DNA of 64,000 nt, taken from NCBI GenBank assembly GCA_965207065.1, contig OZ242260.1, positions 2,208,001 through 2,272,000 on the forward strand, read 5' to 3'. This stretch comes from a bacterium. Lineage in GTDB: Bacteria > UBA8248. Every line of letters begins with the position of its first letter. Positions within the stretch are counted from its first letter, which is position 1. Under the pieces are notes generated by a model, which did not search any database, was not told where the DNA came from, and saw only the letters and a list, made by a program, of their open reading frames with translations. The position numbers and the translations under genes are program-made. Of the stretch, positions 30,827 through 42,067 are shown piece after piece.

Positions 30827-31033
30827 CGACGCTCTCCTAAGAGGGAAGCGGAAGCTCCCGAATGTTTCTTTTCCCGGTGCTATCGGATAAGTATGGAATG
30901 TGCCGGCGTTTGTCGGCAGGCACTGACGGGGCTGTTGAAAAAGCGTGAAGATAATCTTCACCTCCGGGCATCGCGACCGTCCACGTGGCAGGCCCTGGGC
31001 GCGGCGAGGGATTCGGGATGAATTCGAGCCTCA

Positions 31034-32431
31034 TCAAGCGCCTTGTCTGCGCCTTATGCGTACGATAAGTTTCTCGGGCGACATGGTGAAGGAGAGGCGC
31101 TCGCGCACATCCTCTGGCGGCGAGGCGGCTTCCACTGCGAAGTTCGTGCACACCATGGCGAGCACGGCCCGCATCTCGCACATAGCGAGGTTTCGGCCAG
31201 GACACTGGCGTGGCCCGCCACCGAACGGGAAAAAGATTGCATCGGGGGGATTATCCGGATCAAAGCGTGCAAGGCGTTCGCCGCGCGTCGCGGTGTGACG
31301 GGTGAGAAGAAGGATGGGTGTTCCCGCAGGTATGGGGAAGCCGAGGATATCGGCATCCTGGTTGGGTTCAATGCCGATGATCGGGGCGACGGGCTTAAGA
31401 CGCATCACCTCACTCAGAAACGCATCATGAAACTGCAGGGATTCGGTCTGCGCGTATGTCCAGGTTTTACAAGCCGTGCCGAGCGCCTCGTCTGCCTCCG
31501 CACGAAGGCGCGCAGCGTGCCCGGGATATTGCGCGAGGTAGTGGAGCGCCCAGGCGAGGGTGTTCGCGGTAGTGTCTTCTCCGGCGAGCAGGAGCGTCAC
31601 GGCGTCCGCGAATATTTCATCGTCCGTAAACAAAGGTTCTCCCTCCCCGGAGGCGGCGATTGAGGCTTCGATGAAATTCCCAGGCGTAACGCTGCGCCGC
31701 GGGTTTTCTTCCATTCGTTCCTTAGCAGCGCGGATCATGTCGCGAACCTCGGATTTCAATCCGGCAAGGGCGCGTTCGAGCGCTCGATCCGAAGGCAGCC
31801 GGAAGCACCTCCAAAAGGGTAAGGGCAGGTTCAGACGGCGGTGCAACACCGGGAATATGGCGGCGAGATGGTGACGGATGGATGCGCCGGGACTTTCGGG
31901 CGCGCCGAGGTCGACGCCGAAGACGAATTGCATGGTGACACGGGCGGTGAAGCGCATGAGGTCACGGCAGGGGTCTATCGCCTCTCCATGATCGGCCGCG
32001 CGTTCCCAGCGCCGTCTCAGGCGCTCGACTTCTCGCGCGAGTTCGGGGAAGAACCGTTTCATACGCGCAGTACTAAAAGCCGAGGCGACGATGCGCCGTC
32101 GCCTGCGCCAGTCTTCCCCCTCAGCGGCGAACACACCGGCGAGGCCCATCTCCTCCGCCACTCCCGCCAGCGGCTTCGCGCGCCGGAAGCCGTGGGGCCG
32201 CTTCCCCAGTATATGGGCTATGGCGTCCGCTTCCGAGACCACCGCGTAATTCCGCCTGCCCAGCGATATACGGTAGATCGGCCCGTATCGATCCGCCCAT
32301 CTCTCGAGTATGCAGTGCATCCTCGCAAAACGAATCTGGTGAAGGTTGCCGAGCAGAGGCAGACCCAAAGGTCCGGGGAGGTCACCGAACTTCCTTTGGG
32401 CGTTTCTAGTTCCCCTCGTCCCGGTGGCCAT
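31034..32431 (-). CDS. Cytochrome P450
   Basis: LPGPLGLPLLGN, AGEDTT (I helix), EVMR (ExxR), FGGGPRQCPG haem Cys. Confidence 0.95.
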   Translation of the reverse strand: MATGTRGTRNAQRKFGDLPGPLGLPLLGNLHQIRFARMHCILERWADRYGPIYRISLGRRNYAVVSEADAIAHILGKRPHGFRRAKPLAGVAEEMGLAGVFAAEGEDWRRRRRIVASAFSTARMKRFFPELAREVERLRRRWERAADHGEAIDPCRDLMRFTARVTMQFVFGVDLGAPESPGASIRHHLAAIFPVLHRRLNLPLPFWRCFRLPSDRALERALAGLKSEVRDMIRAAKERMEENPRRSVTPGNFIEASIAASGEGEPLFTDDEIFADAVTLLLAGEDTTANTLAWALHYLAQYPGHAARLRAEADEALGTACKTWTYAQTESLQFHDAFLSEVMRLKPVAPIIGIEPNQDADILGFPIPAGTPILLLTRHTATRGERLARFDPDNPPDAIFFPFGGGPRQCPGRNLAMCEMRAVLAMVCTNFAVEAASPPEDVRERLSFTMSPEKLIVRIRRRQGA

Positions 32432-32464
32432 TTTCAAGTTTACCGAATAAACGACGCCATGCGC

Positions 32465-32746
32465 TCATATGCCGGCGAGGCCGAGTATCGCCGCTACAGC
32501 CGCAGCGATACTCGAAAGCATAGAAACCACACCCAGAAACAGGCGTAGCGGGCTTCTCGCCTCTACTTCCGTATCCTGGGGAAACATCCGCTTCAAAAGG
32601 CCGGGCGCGAACGTGGCAGCAGACAGCGAGAAGGCCGCGGCGCCCGCCCATAGGAGATTCGTATCCGTCCGCCCGATGTTCCACAGATACACCAGTGACG
32701 CCCCCGAAAACGCCTGAATCGTCAGCCACAGCAACCCCTGGAGCAA
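32465..32746 (-). CDS. Small hydrophobic membrane protein, possibly truncated
   Basis: Three hydrophobic segments; directly upstream of the P450; no family recognised. Confidence 0.35.
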   Translation of the reverse strand: MLQGLLWLTIQAFSGASLVYLWNIGRTDTNLLWAGAAAFSLSAATFAPGLLKRMFPQDTEVEARSPLRLFLGVVSMLSSIAAAVAAILGLAGI

Positions 32747-32889
32747 GGCTGCGAAACGGCACGCCTGGACACGCTCCCCGCGGCTCTCGAGAACCCGGGA
32801 CGCCGCCTCAATCGCACGAAAACGCCACTCCTCCTCTTCAGCGTCCGCACGTATGCGAACGCTGTCGAGCAGCCAAAGGCGGCGAAGCT

Positions 32890-34216
32890 AGCGGCGGCGG
32901 GAGTGGATATGGTCCGGACGTATTCCACAATACGGCGCATGTGGTAGCGGGACCAAATCAGACGATCGAAGACGTCAGGCAAGCGCCGGCGATAGATTTT
33001 TCACGGAACGCTTCATATAGGAACCGGCGTTGAGCCGGACAGGAATCAACTCGGGACGACAGGTGAACATGGTGATGCGGCTATATCATCAGGTCATGTG
33101 CGCGATGGGGCAGGGCGTGACGCCGTGGTTGCTTATTTCAGCCAGTTCTTATTTACGGACTATAAGAGGTTCAGTACATTCCGGGAGCAACCCGTAGTTC
33201 GGGTTGCCCGGGGGACATCTGCCGCGCATACGGAATTGGTGGTCCGCGCCGTCCAGATACTCAATGCCTATCTTCCCCGTGAGAATCGGATGATATTGAG
33301 CGATATTTCATCGCCATACGGAGCCGACCTTGCTGATGTTCCCTATGGAAAAATTCATATCAACTTCGGCCCGTTTGGAGAACAGATTCCAGAAAATTTA
33401 AGGACACATCAAGGAGTATCAGGTGTCACTTCTATCGTAACTGATATTGATGGAGTGGAACAAACCTATGTAAATTCTTCCCGCATATGGATGAATACGA
33501 GGAGACTGTACCAATTTACCGATGAGGCCAATATCTCGACTATGGCCCATGAACTTATGCACTCTCTCGCATTCGGTGGACACCCGGACGCCGCCAGATA
33601 TCCTGATTCACTCTTGCGCTCCAGATCTCCACGTGGTTTCTCGAGACGAATCCTGGGGCCGATAAACCGTGATGTAATTGCTGCGGCTTTCGAGTATCCC
33701 CCCTCGGCTGCGTCGGCAAACGAACTCGAACCATGGAGCGATACGTCGTTTCATCTGCGCGGCGATATGAATGACGTATCATTCGGCGTTGCTTCTTTTA
33801 ACGGCTTGCTGCAGCCGTGGGCATCCGGTCTGAGACCGGCAACGAATCTGGCGGATAATCTGGCTCTATCGGGAAGTGCTAGCTGGTCTGGACGTCTCCT
33901 GGGGTTCACTTCTCAATCGTAATCACTCGCCGGAACTGCGGATCTCACCATCAACCTCGTAACGCTCAGGGACCAGATTGACTTTACCGGCCTCGAGCAT
34001 TGGGGCGTGAATGCTGCTCCCGGTTCTATCGGCTCAGGAACGACCTGGAATGACGGCGACCTGCGCTATGACGTCGTCGTTCGGGGCAATACGTTCACGC
34101 AGTCGGGTGGCGATACCGGCGAAGTTACGGGTGCTTTCTTCGGCCCAAATCACGAAGGGATGGGCGGTATCGTCGAGAGAAGCGATATGTCCGCCGGATT
34201 CGGCGGAACGCGTTAG
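32890..34216 (+). pseudogene. Second peptidase/TbpB-barrel lipoprotein, disrupted
   Basis: No signal peptide (begins SGGGSG); frameshift in T run near 33000; HELMHSLAFGGH; in-frame TAA 33920-33922 with homology continuing in frame to FFGPNHEGMGG..FGGTR*. Confidence 0.8.
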
Positions 34217-34251
34217 AAAAGTGCCTGAAAATTCACCCTTTCATAATCATA

Positions 34252-35678
34252 ATGAGAACAAACCACTTGCGAAATAAAAATCGTTTCACTCAAATGGCAT
34301 TCTCCGTTCTTCTCTCTTTGGCGTTGATATTGCTTGGCTGCGGCGGTGGAGGCGGGGGCGGGAGTGCGGTTATCCCGAGAACACCTTCTGTCATTCCATC
34401 TTCTGTCATTCCGCTGCAAGCACCTGTTCATACGCGACAGGCCCCGATAATCGAATATAGCGATACCGTGCATGTGGGAGCCGGAGTCAGGCCGGAGGCG
34501 AACCAGCTTGCATCAGTGAGACAGGATGGCGATACGGTTATCTCATCCGGTCATGTGCGCGATGGAGCGGGTCGTGAGGCCGTTATCGCATTCCTGGGCC
34601 AATTCATCGAAAACTTTAGCCAGCTCTACGATAGCGAACCGTCGCTTCATACATGGGTAAGTCCGCCGGTAGTCCGCGTAGCGGAAGGAACCACCCCCAG
34701 GCAGACGGATTACGCCGTGCAGGCGGTACAGATAATCAACGCATATCTTCCTCGTGAAAACAGGCTGCGATTCAGCAGCGTTCCTTCCCCGCCGGGCGTC
34801 GGCACTTTTGAAGTATCGGAAGGGGATATTTTTATCGATTTCGCGCCGCACAGCCGATGGAACCCGCCGAGCAGACTGGTATATCGCGGAGTAGCGCGTC
34901 CGGCTCCTGTTTCCATTGCCGAATTTGAAGGCGGGCCAAGAACATTCCTAGAAATGCACAGCGCCAGAATATGGATAAATGAGGACAGGCTCGGGAATTT
35001 TACCCATGAGGCTAATATTCTGCTGCTGGCCCACGAACTTCTACACGCCCTTGGTTTACGACCTGGACACCCGGATTACGACATTTACCGTGACTCGATT
35101 ATGCGATCGCGTGTTCCCCGTTCGTATTCAGACCGCATTCTCGGCCCGGTTGACCATGAGCGATTCAGGCCATTTACGCCGCTTATGAGCCGGGCGAGAC
35201 GGACGTGCACAGCCTTGGCGCATGGAGCGATACATCGTTCCACGTTCGCGGAGATATTGGAGATATCGCATTCGGCGCGACCTCGAGAAACGGCCTGGTT
35301 CAGCCCTGGGCAAGAGGTCCCAAACCGGAAAACGACCTGACCGATAACCAGTCGCTATCGGGGAACGCAAGTTGGTCGGGCCGCCTCCTGGGAATGACTT
35401 CCGGTTCCGAGCCACTGAGCGGACATACCCGATTGAGCATCAACATCGGAACGCTCAGGGGGGCAGATTAACTTCATGGATTTGGAATATGTCGATTCAG
35501 GAACAGCCTGGAATGACGGTGATCTCAGCTATAGCGTCATCGTCAGAAAGAATACATTCATCCAAACGGGTGGCGATGCCGGAGAGGTTACAGGAATATT
35601 TTTCGGGTCAAACCACGAGGGAATCGGCGGTGTCGTGGAGAGTAGAGATATGTCCGCCGGATTCGGCGCACGCGATAG
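34252..35678 (+). pseudogene. Third peptidase/TbpB-barrel lipoprotein, frameshifted
   Basis: Lipobox LLGC-GGGG, HELLHALGLRPGH; frameshifts near 35160, at a G6 run near 35460 and near 35669. Confidence 0.8.
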
Positions 35679-36537
35679 AAAAAGATGGAAAGGCAAGAAT
35701 GCAGGAGTGGGGACGGCGAAATATCAGGCTGATTCTAATTTTTTTCCGTTCCAATACTTAAGCTTGGAGTTTATCGCCTCTTCCTGGCAATTCTTGAAGA
35801 ATCACTGCCATTTGTACTGACTCTTTCGCCCGTTTTCTGACGGCGGGGGAATTCCAGCGGGGGTGAGATTCCGCTATCCTGTTGATACCATTTCTGATAT
35901 TTCTTTTTTTTTCGAGATTGGTTGGGGGCTTGCTCCCTATTAAAAAGCAACCAAAACGGAAGCGGGCGAATTCTAACTCCTGCGCATGCCGGCACGTAAT
36001 TGTCGAAGCGTCTCCCGAATCCGCCCGATTCAGCAAGTCATTTCCTGGATTACCCGATAATTTTGTCGCAACCTCCGAGATGTTGCGGCTGATTGTCTCG
36101 AACCGGCCTCCAGTCCGACTTTCTGCATGCCACGAGTGATGACTCGTGTGACGATAATGGCTGAGCGCAATTAATAGAATTTCGATTGGTGTCAAGCCAT
36201 TCCCATCTCACCGTGAGTGCTCTCCCGCTACAAAAACGACGCTATCGAATTTGGCATTTGCGCTTGTCGGCGAATACAAGTTCGATTACACGATTGAGGC
36301 TAACATGTCATCGTGGATACGGCACCAAATCCTGGGCAAGATCGATGCTCCGGCCCGGATGGGTATATTGCCGCCCGGCAAAATCGTTGATATACCGATG
36401 CAGGCAAGCACGCCCACCTTCCGCACGCTGGCGATGCACTGAGTTCGTAGCGCATTCGGGGTCATGCGCCCGCAACCGCCTGGTTCGGTTTCGGCCGAGG
36501 TAACGGTCACCGGCCTTTCGCCGACTGACCCAGGCAG

Positions 36538-37344
36538 TCATATCGTGCGCGCGCGCCAGGTATTGAGGAACTCGCGCAGGCGATCGCTTCGCGGCCGCTT
36601 GAAGACATCGTCGGGGGAACCCCGCTCGATGACCTCGCCTTCGTCCATAAACACGACTTCGTCGGCCACATGCGCGGCGAATCCCATCTCGTGGGTGACC
36701 ACGACCATGGTCATGCCCTCGCCCGCAAGCTCCTGCATCACCTCGAGCACCTCGCCCACGAGTTCGGGATCCAGCGCAGAGGTCGGCTCGTCGAAATACA
36801 TCACGTGCGGCCGCATCGCAAGCGCCCGGGCGATAGCGGTGCGCTGCTGCTGACCGCCCGAGAGCCGGGCCGGGTAGGCGTGGGCCTTCTCCTCCATCCC
36901 CACCTTGGCCAGCGTCTCCATCCCGATCGCCTCCGCCTCCCGCCTGCCGAGCCTCTTCACCACGCGCAGCGCCTCGGTCACGTTGCCAAGCGCCGTCTTG
37001 TGCGGCCACAGGTTGTAGTGCTGGAAGACCATGCCGATGACGCTGCGCACGCTGTCGATGTTGCGGTCGCTGTCGGGCACACGCCTGCCGTCGACCTCGC
37101 GGTAGCCCAGAAGCCGGCCTTCGATGAACACCCGGCCCTCGTCGTAGCGGTCGAGAAACGCCATGCAGCGCAGAAGCGTGCTCTTTCCCGAACCCGACGG
37201 GCCGATGACGCAGACAACCTGCGAGCTGTCGACCGCGAGGTCGATCCCCCTCAGGACGTGAGCCGCGCCGAAGCGCTTGTGCAGGCCCTCGACCAGGACC
37301 ACGGGTTTGTGTTCCATGGCGCCGCCGGCCTCTTCGCCCCTCAT
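36538..37344 (-). CDS. Polar amino acid ABC transporter ATP-binding protein
   Basis: [41 protein letters not shown]. Confidence 0.95.
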   Translation of the reverse strand: MRGEEAGGAMEHKPVVLVEGLHKRFGAAHVLRGIDLAVDSSQVVCVIGPSGSGKSTLLRCMAFLDRYDEGRVFIEGRLLGYREVDGRRVPDSDRNIDSVRSVIGMVFQHYNLWPHKTALGNVTEALRVVKRLGRREAEAIGMETLAKVGMEEKAHAYPARLSGGQQQRTAIARALAMRPHVMYFDEPTSALDPELVGEVLEVMQELAGEGMTMVVVTHEMGFAAHVADEVVFMDEGEVIERGSPDDVFKRPRSDRLREFLNTWRARTI

Positions 37345-37997
37345 GATGCGTGGCCGAGCCGGCGTTCGAGCACCCCGCCGGTGAGCGCGATGCCCTCGAT
37401 GAGCAGCCAGTAGAGCAGGGCGACCGCCACGTATGGCTCGACCACGGCGAAGGTCTCATTGACCATCTGCGTCGTGTTCTTCGTCAGCTCGGCGACGGTG
37501 ATGATCGACAGGAGGGCCGATTCCTTGACCAGGATAATGACCTGATTGGTGGACGGGGGTATGATCAGCGTCAGCATCTGGGGGATCTGGATGCGGGCGA
37601 CGATCAGCCGGCGCGGGATGCCGAGCATGCGCGCGGCTTCGAGTTGCCCCGCGGGGATGGACTGGAACCCGGCCCTGAAAATTTCTGCGAAATACCCCCC
37701 GCCGTAGAGTCCGAGGCCGATGATCCCGACCGGTTCGGCATCCAGGGTCAGGCCGAACGAAGGCCCCCCGTAGTACAAGATGAACAACAAGGTCAGTATC
37801 GGGATCCCGCGCATGACCTCGATGTAGGCCCGGCACAGAAGCTTCACGGGGCGCAGCGGCAGGCCGTAGAGCACCGCAACCCCGAGACCGGCGGCGACGG
37901 CCAGAAGCGACGCCAGCGCGCAGACATGGACCGTCGTCCACAATCCCGACAGCAACAGCGGGCCATAGCGGAACATGATGTCGATGTCGAAGGACAT
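37341..37997 (-). CDS. Polar amino acid ABC transporter permease
   Basis: [33 protein letters not shown]. Confidence 0.93.
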   Translation of the reverse strand: MSFDIDIMFRYGPLLLSGLWTTVHVCALASLLAVAAGLGVAVLYGLPLRPVKLLCRAYIEVMRGIPILTLLFILYYGGPSFGLTLDAEPVGIIGLGLYGGGYFAEIFRAGFQSIPAGQLEAARMLGIPRRLIVARIQIPQMLTLIIPPSTNQVIILVKESALLSIITVAELTKNTTQMVNETFAVVEPYVAVALLYWLLIEGIALTGGVLERRLGHAS

Positions 37998-38014
37998 GGT
38001 TTCTCCCGGAGCGG

Positions 38015-38671
38015 CTAGCGCGCCGCCACCGCGTAGCGCCTCTCGAACCAGGCCCCGGCGCGGGCCAGGAACAGGTTCATCGCGAGGTATATGAGGGCCG
38101 CGATCGTGTAGGCTTCCAGCGGCCGGTACGTGACGGACACCACCTGCTGGCTGGTGCGCATGAGTTCGGTCACCGCGATCACCGAGATCAGCGAGGAGTT
38201 CTTGAGGATGCTGATGGTCTCGTTGACGAGCGCCGGCAGCACCAGGCGCATCATCTGCGGGATCAGGATCCTGACCCGGATGGCCGGCATACCGATCCCG
38301 AGCATGCGCGCGGCCTCGACCTGGCCCGGCTGGATGGACAGCAGGCCGCCCCGGAATATCTCGGCCTGAAACGCCGCGGTATTCATCGTCAGCGCGATCA
38401 TCGCCGCGGCGACAGGCGGCACGTCGAGGCCGATTTCCGGCAGCAGGTAGAAGATGATCAGCAACTGCACCAGAATGGGCGTCCCTCGCCAGAAGCTCCG
38501 GTAGGCGGCCGAGGGCCGCCGGATCGACCGGCTACGGGAGATCAGGCCGAAACTGAGCCAGAGACCCAGGATCATGCCGGCGGCGATGGAGACCGCAGAT
38601 ACCGTGATGGTCATCCCCGCCCCGGCGAGGAACGCGCCGTAGTGGTTCGAAATGACGCCAGAAAAATCCAC
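38015..38671 (-). CDS. Polar amino acid ABC transporter permease
   Basis: RGTPILVQL, AEIFRGG, GQVEAA, LKNSSL. Confidence 0.93.
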   Translation of the reverse strand: MDFSGVISNHYGAFLAGAGMTITVSAVSIAAGMILGLWLSFGLISRSRSIRRPSAAYRSFWRGTPILVQLLIIFYLLPEIGLDVPPVAAAMIALTMNTAAFQAEIFRGGLLSIQPGQVEAARMLGIGMPAIRVRILIPQMMRLVLPALVNETISILKNSSLISVIAVTELMRTSQQVVSVTYRPLEAYTIAALIYLAMNLFLARAGAWFERRYAVAAR

Positions 38672-38701
38672 CGGCGGGACCCGTAGATTGCCGGCCGGCG
38701 C

Positions 38702-39565
38702 CTAGTCGAGCGGTACCGGCAGCTTGTCGGACGGCAACTCCATGGGCCCGCCGAACCACTTCTTCTGAAGCGCGGTCAGCACACCCGACCTGTTGAGCTC
38801 GGAGAGTTGCTTGTTCATGAAGGCGACCAGCGAAGCGCTGTTGTCGTCCTTGCGCCCGGCCCAGCTGAAATACTTCTTGGGACCGAATGTCGGCAGCACC
38901 ACCTCGAACCTGTCCGGCCGCTTGCGAACGAGATCCAGCAGGTTCGGCAGGCTGTTGCAGACGGCGCTGATCCTTCCTGCCGCCAGATCGGCGAAGGCCT
39001 CGTTGAAATCGACGTAGGTCTTGATCCCCTTGACCCCCTTGACCCCCTTGCCTGCGCCCTTGAGTTTGTTGGCGAAAGCCTGGAGGGCCTGGAGCTGCGC
39101 CGAGCCCGCCTGTGAGCCCACCATGCGCCCGGCGATGTCTCCGGGCGCCCTGATTGAATCGTCGCCCTTGCGCTTGACCAGCGCCATGGTCGCGTCGGCT
39201 ATCGGCAGGCTCAGCGCATACTTCTCGTAGCGCGCCCTGGTGACGGTCACCGAAGTGACGACGTAGTCGAACTTGGCCGCGGACAGGCCGGGAAGAATCC
39301 CCTGCCAGGGAAGATCGAGCCGTTTCAGCTTGACCCCCGGCAACGCCTTCATGACGTGCGCCATGATGTCTGTCGAGTAGCCTACGATCCTGCCGTCCTT
39401 GACAAACTCGAATGGCGGGAACCGGGCCTCGGTTCCGACGATGAATTCGCCTCGTTTCTTGATATCGGAGAGGAGGTCCGCTCTGGCCGGACCGCTGGAA
39501 ATGCCAAGACTCGCCGCCACTGCAACTGCAAACCCGACCGCCCACATCCGTTTGAATGAAGCCAT
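38702..39565 (-). CDS. Polar amino acid ABC transporter substrate-binding protein
   Basis: Signal peptide; VGTEARFPPFEF, WQGILPGL, LQKKWFG. Confidence 0.92.
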   Translation of the reverse strand: MASFKRMWAVGFAVAVAASLGISSGPARADLLSDIKKRGEFIVGTEARFPPFEFVKDGRIVGYSTDIMAHVMKALPGVKLKRLDLPWQGILPGLSAAKFDYVVTSVTVTRARYEKYALSLPIADATMALVKRKGDDSIRAPGDIAGRMVGSQAGSAQLQALQAFANKLKGAGKGVKGVKGIKTYVDFNEAFADLAAGRISAVCNSLPNLLDLVRKRPDRFEVVLPTFGPKKYFSWAGRKDDNSASLVAFMNKQLSELNRSGVLTALQKKWFGGPMELPSDKLPVPLD

Positions 39566-39890
39566 TGCCCCTATCCTCCCCTCTCACGCGCGGCGCCGAA
39601 CACGCCGACGCGGAATGGAATAAAGCATCAGTGATTGCCCATGACGGCTTCACCCTCAAAATCTAGTGCACTCCCCGAAGCCTGTCAATCCAGGAGCCCT
39701 GAAGGCTACGCTACGCGATGTCAAGCGGGCCGGATTACCCCGCCCGGCTCAACGATTTGGACGTCACGCCACCGCTCGCGGGCGGACGAGCACAGGTGCC
39801 GGGCCCGATCGCATCGCGCCGGATCGACACCTTGACGCCGACGCGACGCGGGGGTTATGTTGGCGGTTCCAGCCATCAAGGGGGAGCGTT

Positions 39891-40490
39891 ATGACCGGGT
39901 TACAGACGATTCCGGCGCGAAGCGGCAAGGCCGCTCCGGTCGCCAGGGGCCAGAAGATCAAGGTCGTCAATACCCACGGCCAGCAGGTCGTGGACACTTG
40001 GGCTTTCGCGCAGCGCGACCTGCGCGAGTTCATGTCGATGGAACACACCCGCGCAACCTTGACGAAAATGCGCCCGGACGTGGGCGATGCGCTCTACAGC
40101 AACCGCCGCCGTCCCATCCTGACGCTCGTCGAGGACACCTCGCCCGGCGTTCACGACACGCTGGTCGCCGCATGTGACGACTACCGCTACGGCCTGCTCG
40201 GCTGCACGGAATACCACGACAACTGCACCGACAATCTGGCCGCAGCCCTCTACGAACTCGGACTGACGCCGCCCGGGACGCCCTCGCCGCTCAACCTGTT
40301 CATGAACATCCCCTGGGAGCCGGCCGGCCGCCTCGCCTTCGCCGCGCCGGTTTCGAAAGCGGGCGACCACGTGCTGTTCGAGGCCAATCTCGACGTCGTC
40401 GTCGCCTTCTCCGCCTGCCCGCAGGACATCCTTCCGATCAACGGCGAGGCGCGCGAGCCGACCGAAGCGCATTTCCAGATCCTCGACTGA
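39891..40490 (+). CDS. DUF1989 (urea carboxylase-associated family) protein
   Basis: GQQVVDTW, HDTLVAACD, HDNCTDNL, PLNLFMNIP, SACPQD; GGGGAG RBS before ATG 39891. Confidence 0.88.
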   Translation: MTGLQTIPARSGKAAPVARGQKIKVVNTHGQQVVDTWAFAQRDLREFMSMEHTRATLTKMRPDVGDALYSNRRRPILTLVEDTSPGVHDTLVAACDDYRYGLLGCTEYHDNCTDNLAAALYELGLTPPGTPSPLNLFMNIPWEPAGRLAFAAPVSKAGDHVLFEANLDVVVAFSACPQDILPINGEAREPTEAHFQILD

Positions 40491-40533
40491 CCCGCCCCGG
40501 TCGAACTCCGGCAACACCGCTTCCAGACATATG

Positions 40534-41250
40534 TTTCCCGGACCGTCCGTGATGGTGAAGTGCAGCGGCTTGTAATTGGACATGTAAGTCCCCCGGACGG
40601 TCGCGGCCATAAGCATCACCCACGCCGACCTCGCGGTCTCGATCGTGGTGAAGGTCTGGGTGGGGATGCTCAGGTCGACGAAGCTCTAGCCCCCGGAATG
40701 GTCACGGACCGATACCCGCTGTTGCCTGCGGCGATATGGTCGCCGCCGTCCCCCACGTAGTAGTTCACGGCGATGGGAGCGGCCGGTACCGGATCCTGGC
40801 GGATGCGGACCGTGAAGATCGTCCCCTCCTCAAGGGTGTACAGGCCGCCGCCCTCGGTGACACCCGTCGAGAGGGTGCCCTTGATCGTGATGTAGGCGCC
40901 CCCTGTCGTGAATTCATCGGGAAGCTCGCCGTCGTTGTAGATGGTCACCCTAGCCGACTGGTGGAGCTTGCTACTGACAACCCCGGACGGCACCGAGGCG
41001 ATGTTGAACCGCTCCTGAACCTCGACCGCTGTGTCCTCGGTGGTCTGGATGTCGAAGGTGTGCGAAGCGGCATTGGCCGGGATGGTGACGGTGGCCGAGC
41101 AGGCAGTGTAGTCGCTGCTGCTCGCCGTCTTGTTTGTGCAGGTTATGCCGACCGCCGTGGGCGAGCTCCGCGTCTGGACGATGTTCAGCGTGACGCTAAC
41201 CGCGTCGCCCTCGTACGCGCCGTACGTCGCCGCAGGGGTCGGGGGCGAAG
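40534..41250 (-). pseudogene. Calx-beta-repeat protein fragment
   Basis: YEGD..., VTIPANAASHTFDIQTTEDTAVE..ERF, VTIYND; second repeat frameshifted near 40690; 5' end abuts IS256 remnant. Confidence 0.6.
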
Positions 41251-41261
41251 AGGACGGCATC

Positions 41262-41717
41262 GGGTTCTAGACTCTGTCGATGCTCCATGAGATGTGGGGG
41301 GCCGACACCCGCGAGCATGCGAAGAACGCGTTCGAGCGCTTCTGCGCCACCTGGGAGGTGAAGTACCCCAAAGCCGTCGAGTGCCTGGCGAAGGACTGCG
41401 AGGAGTTGTTCGCCTTCTACGACTTCCCGGCGGCGCACTGGCGGAGTATCCGGACGACGAACCCCATCGAGTCGACCTTCGCCACCATCCGGCTTCGAAC
41501 GGCGAAGACGAGGAACTGCCTGAGCGAGAAGTCGGCGCTGAGCCTCGTGCATCAACTCGCCATGAGCGCCGAGAAGCGATGGGGGCCGCTACGCGGCCTG
41601 CGTCATCTGGCGGACGTGATCACCGACGTGAGGTTCATCAATGGGGTGAACGAAAAGGAAACCGGCAGGGAGGCCGCTGAACTCAGGACGGCCATACACA
41701 ACATTTGACAGTAACTC
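41262..41717 (+). mobile_element. IS256-family remnant (transposase C-terminus and right end)
   Basis: YPKAVECL, FYDFPAAHWRSIRTTNPIESTFATIRLRT; ends ATACACAACATTTGACAGTAACTC. Confidence 0.88.
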
Positions 41718-41956
41718 CGGCTCGGCTTATAGTACGCGAAATTGGGACAGACGAAGCTTGGAAGGCGTGCGTGTTGCGCGCGGAGTGCCGGGCGACAGGT
41801 TTGGAGGCGATGCGATGACCATGATGGATTTGGCGAGGGACGTGTTGCGCGCGACGGGAACGACGGTCGCGCAAGCGCTGGGCCTGAACGGCAAGGTGAT
41901 CGAAGCGCGTTCGCGCGAGCCCTTGACAAACCCGGATGATGCGGTTGTTACAATAA

Positions 41957-42052
41957 GCCGGGTCGCCGGGTCGCCGGGTCGCCGGGTCGCCGGGTCGCCG
42001 GGTCGCCGGGTCGCCGGGTCGCCGGGTCGCCGGGTCGCCGGGTCGCCGGGTC
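41957..42052. repeat. Perfect tandem repeat (GCCGGGTC)x12
   Basis: 96 bp counted directly. Confidence 0.97.
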
Positions 42053-42067
42053 GCCCAACCTGCGTCC

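Noticed and set aside
29282-35678. Diversity-generating retroelement acting on the lipoproteins
   Set aside because: No intact RT and no template/variable repeat pair differing only at adenines
35758-36503. Short ORFs between the lipoprotein array and the ABC operon
   Set aside because: No recognisable motifs; likely degraded DNA
39566-39890. Guanidine riboswitch upstream of DUF1989 or the ABC genes
   Set aside because: No ykkC consensus or paired ACGR-loop hairpins found by eye
41758-41940. Possible relaxase fragment (AQALGLNGKV)
   Set aside because: Too short, no catalytic motifs
41957-42052. CRISPR array
   Set aside because: Contiguous 8-mers with no spacers; no cas genes in the window
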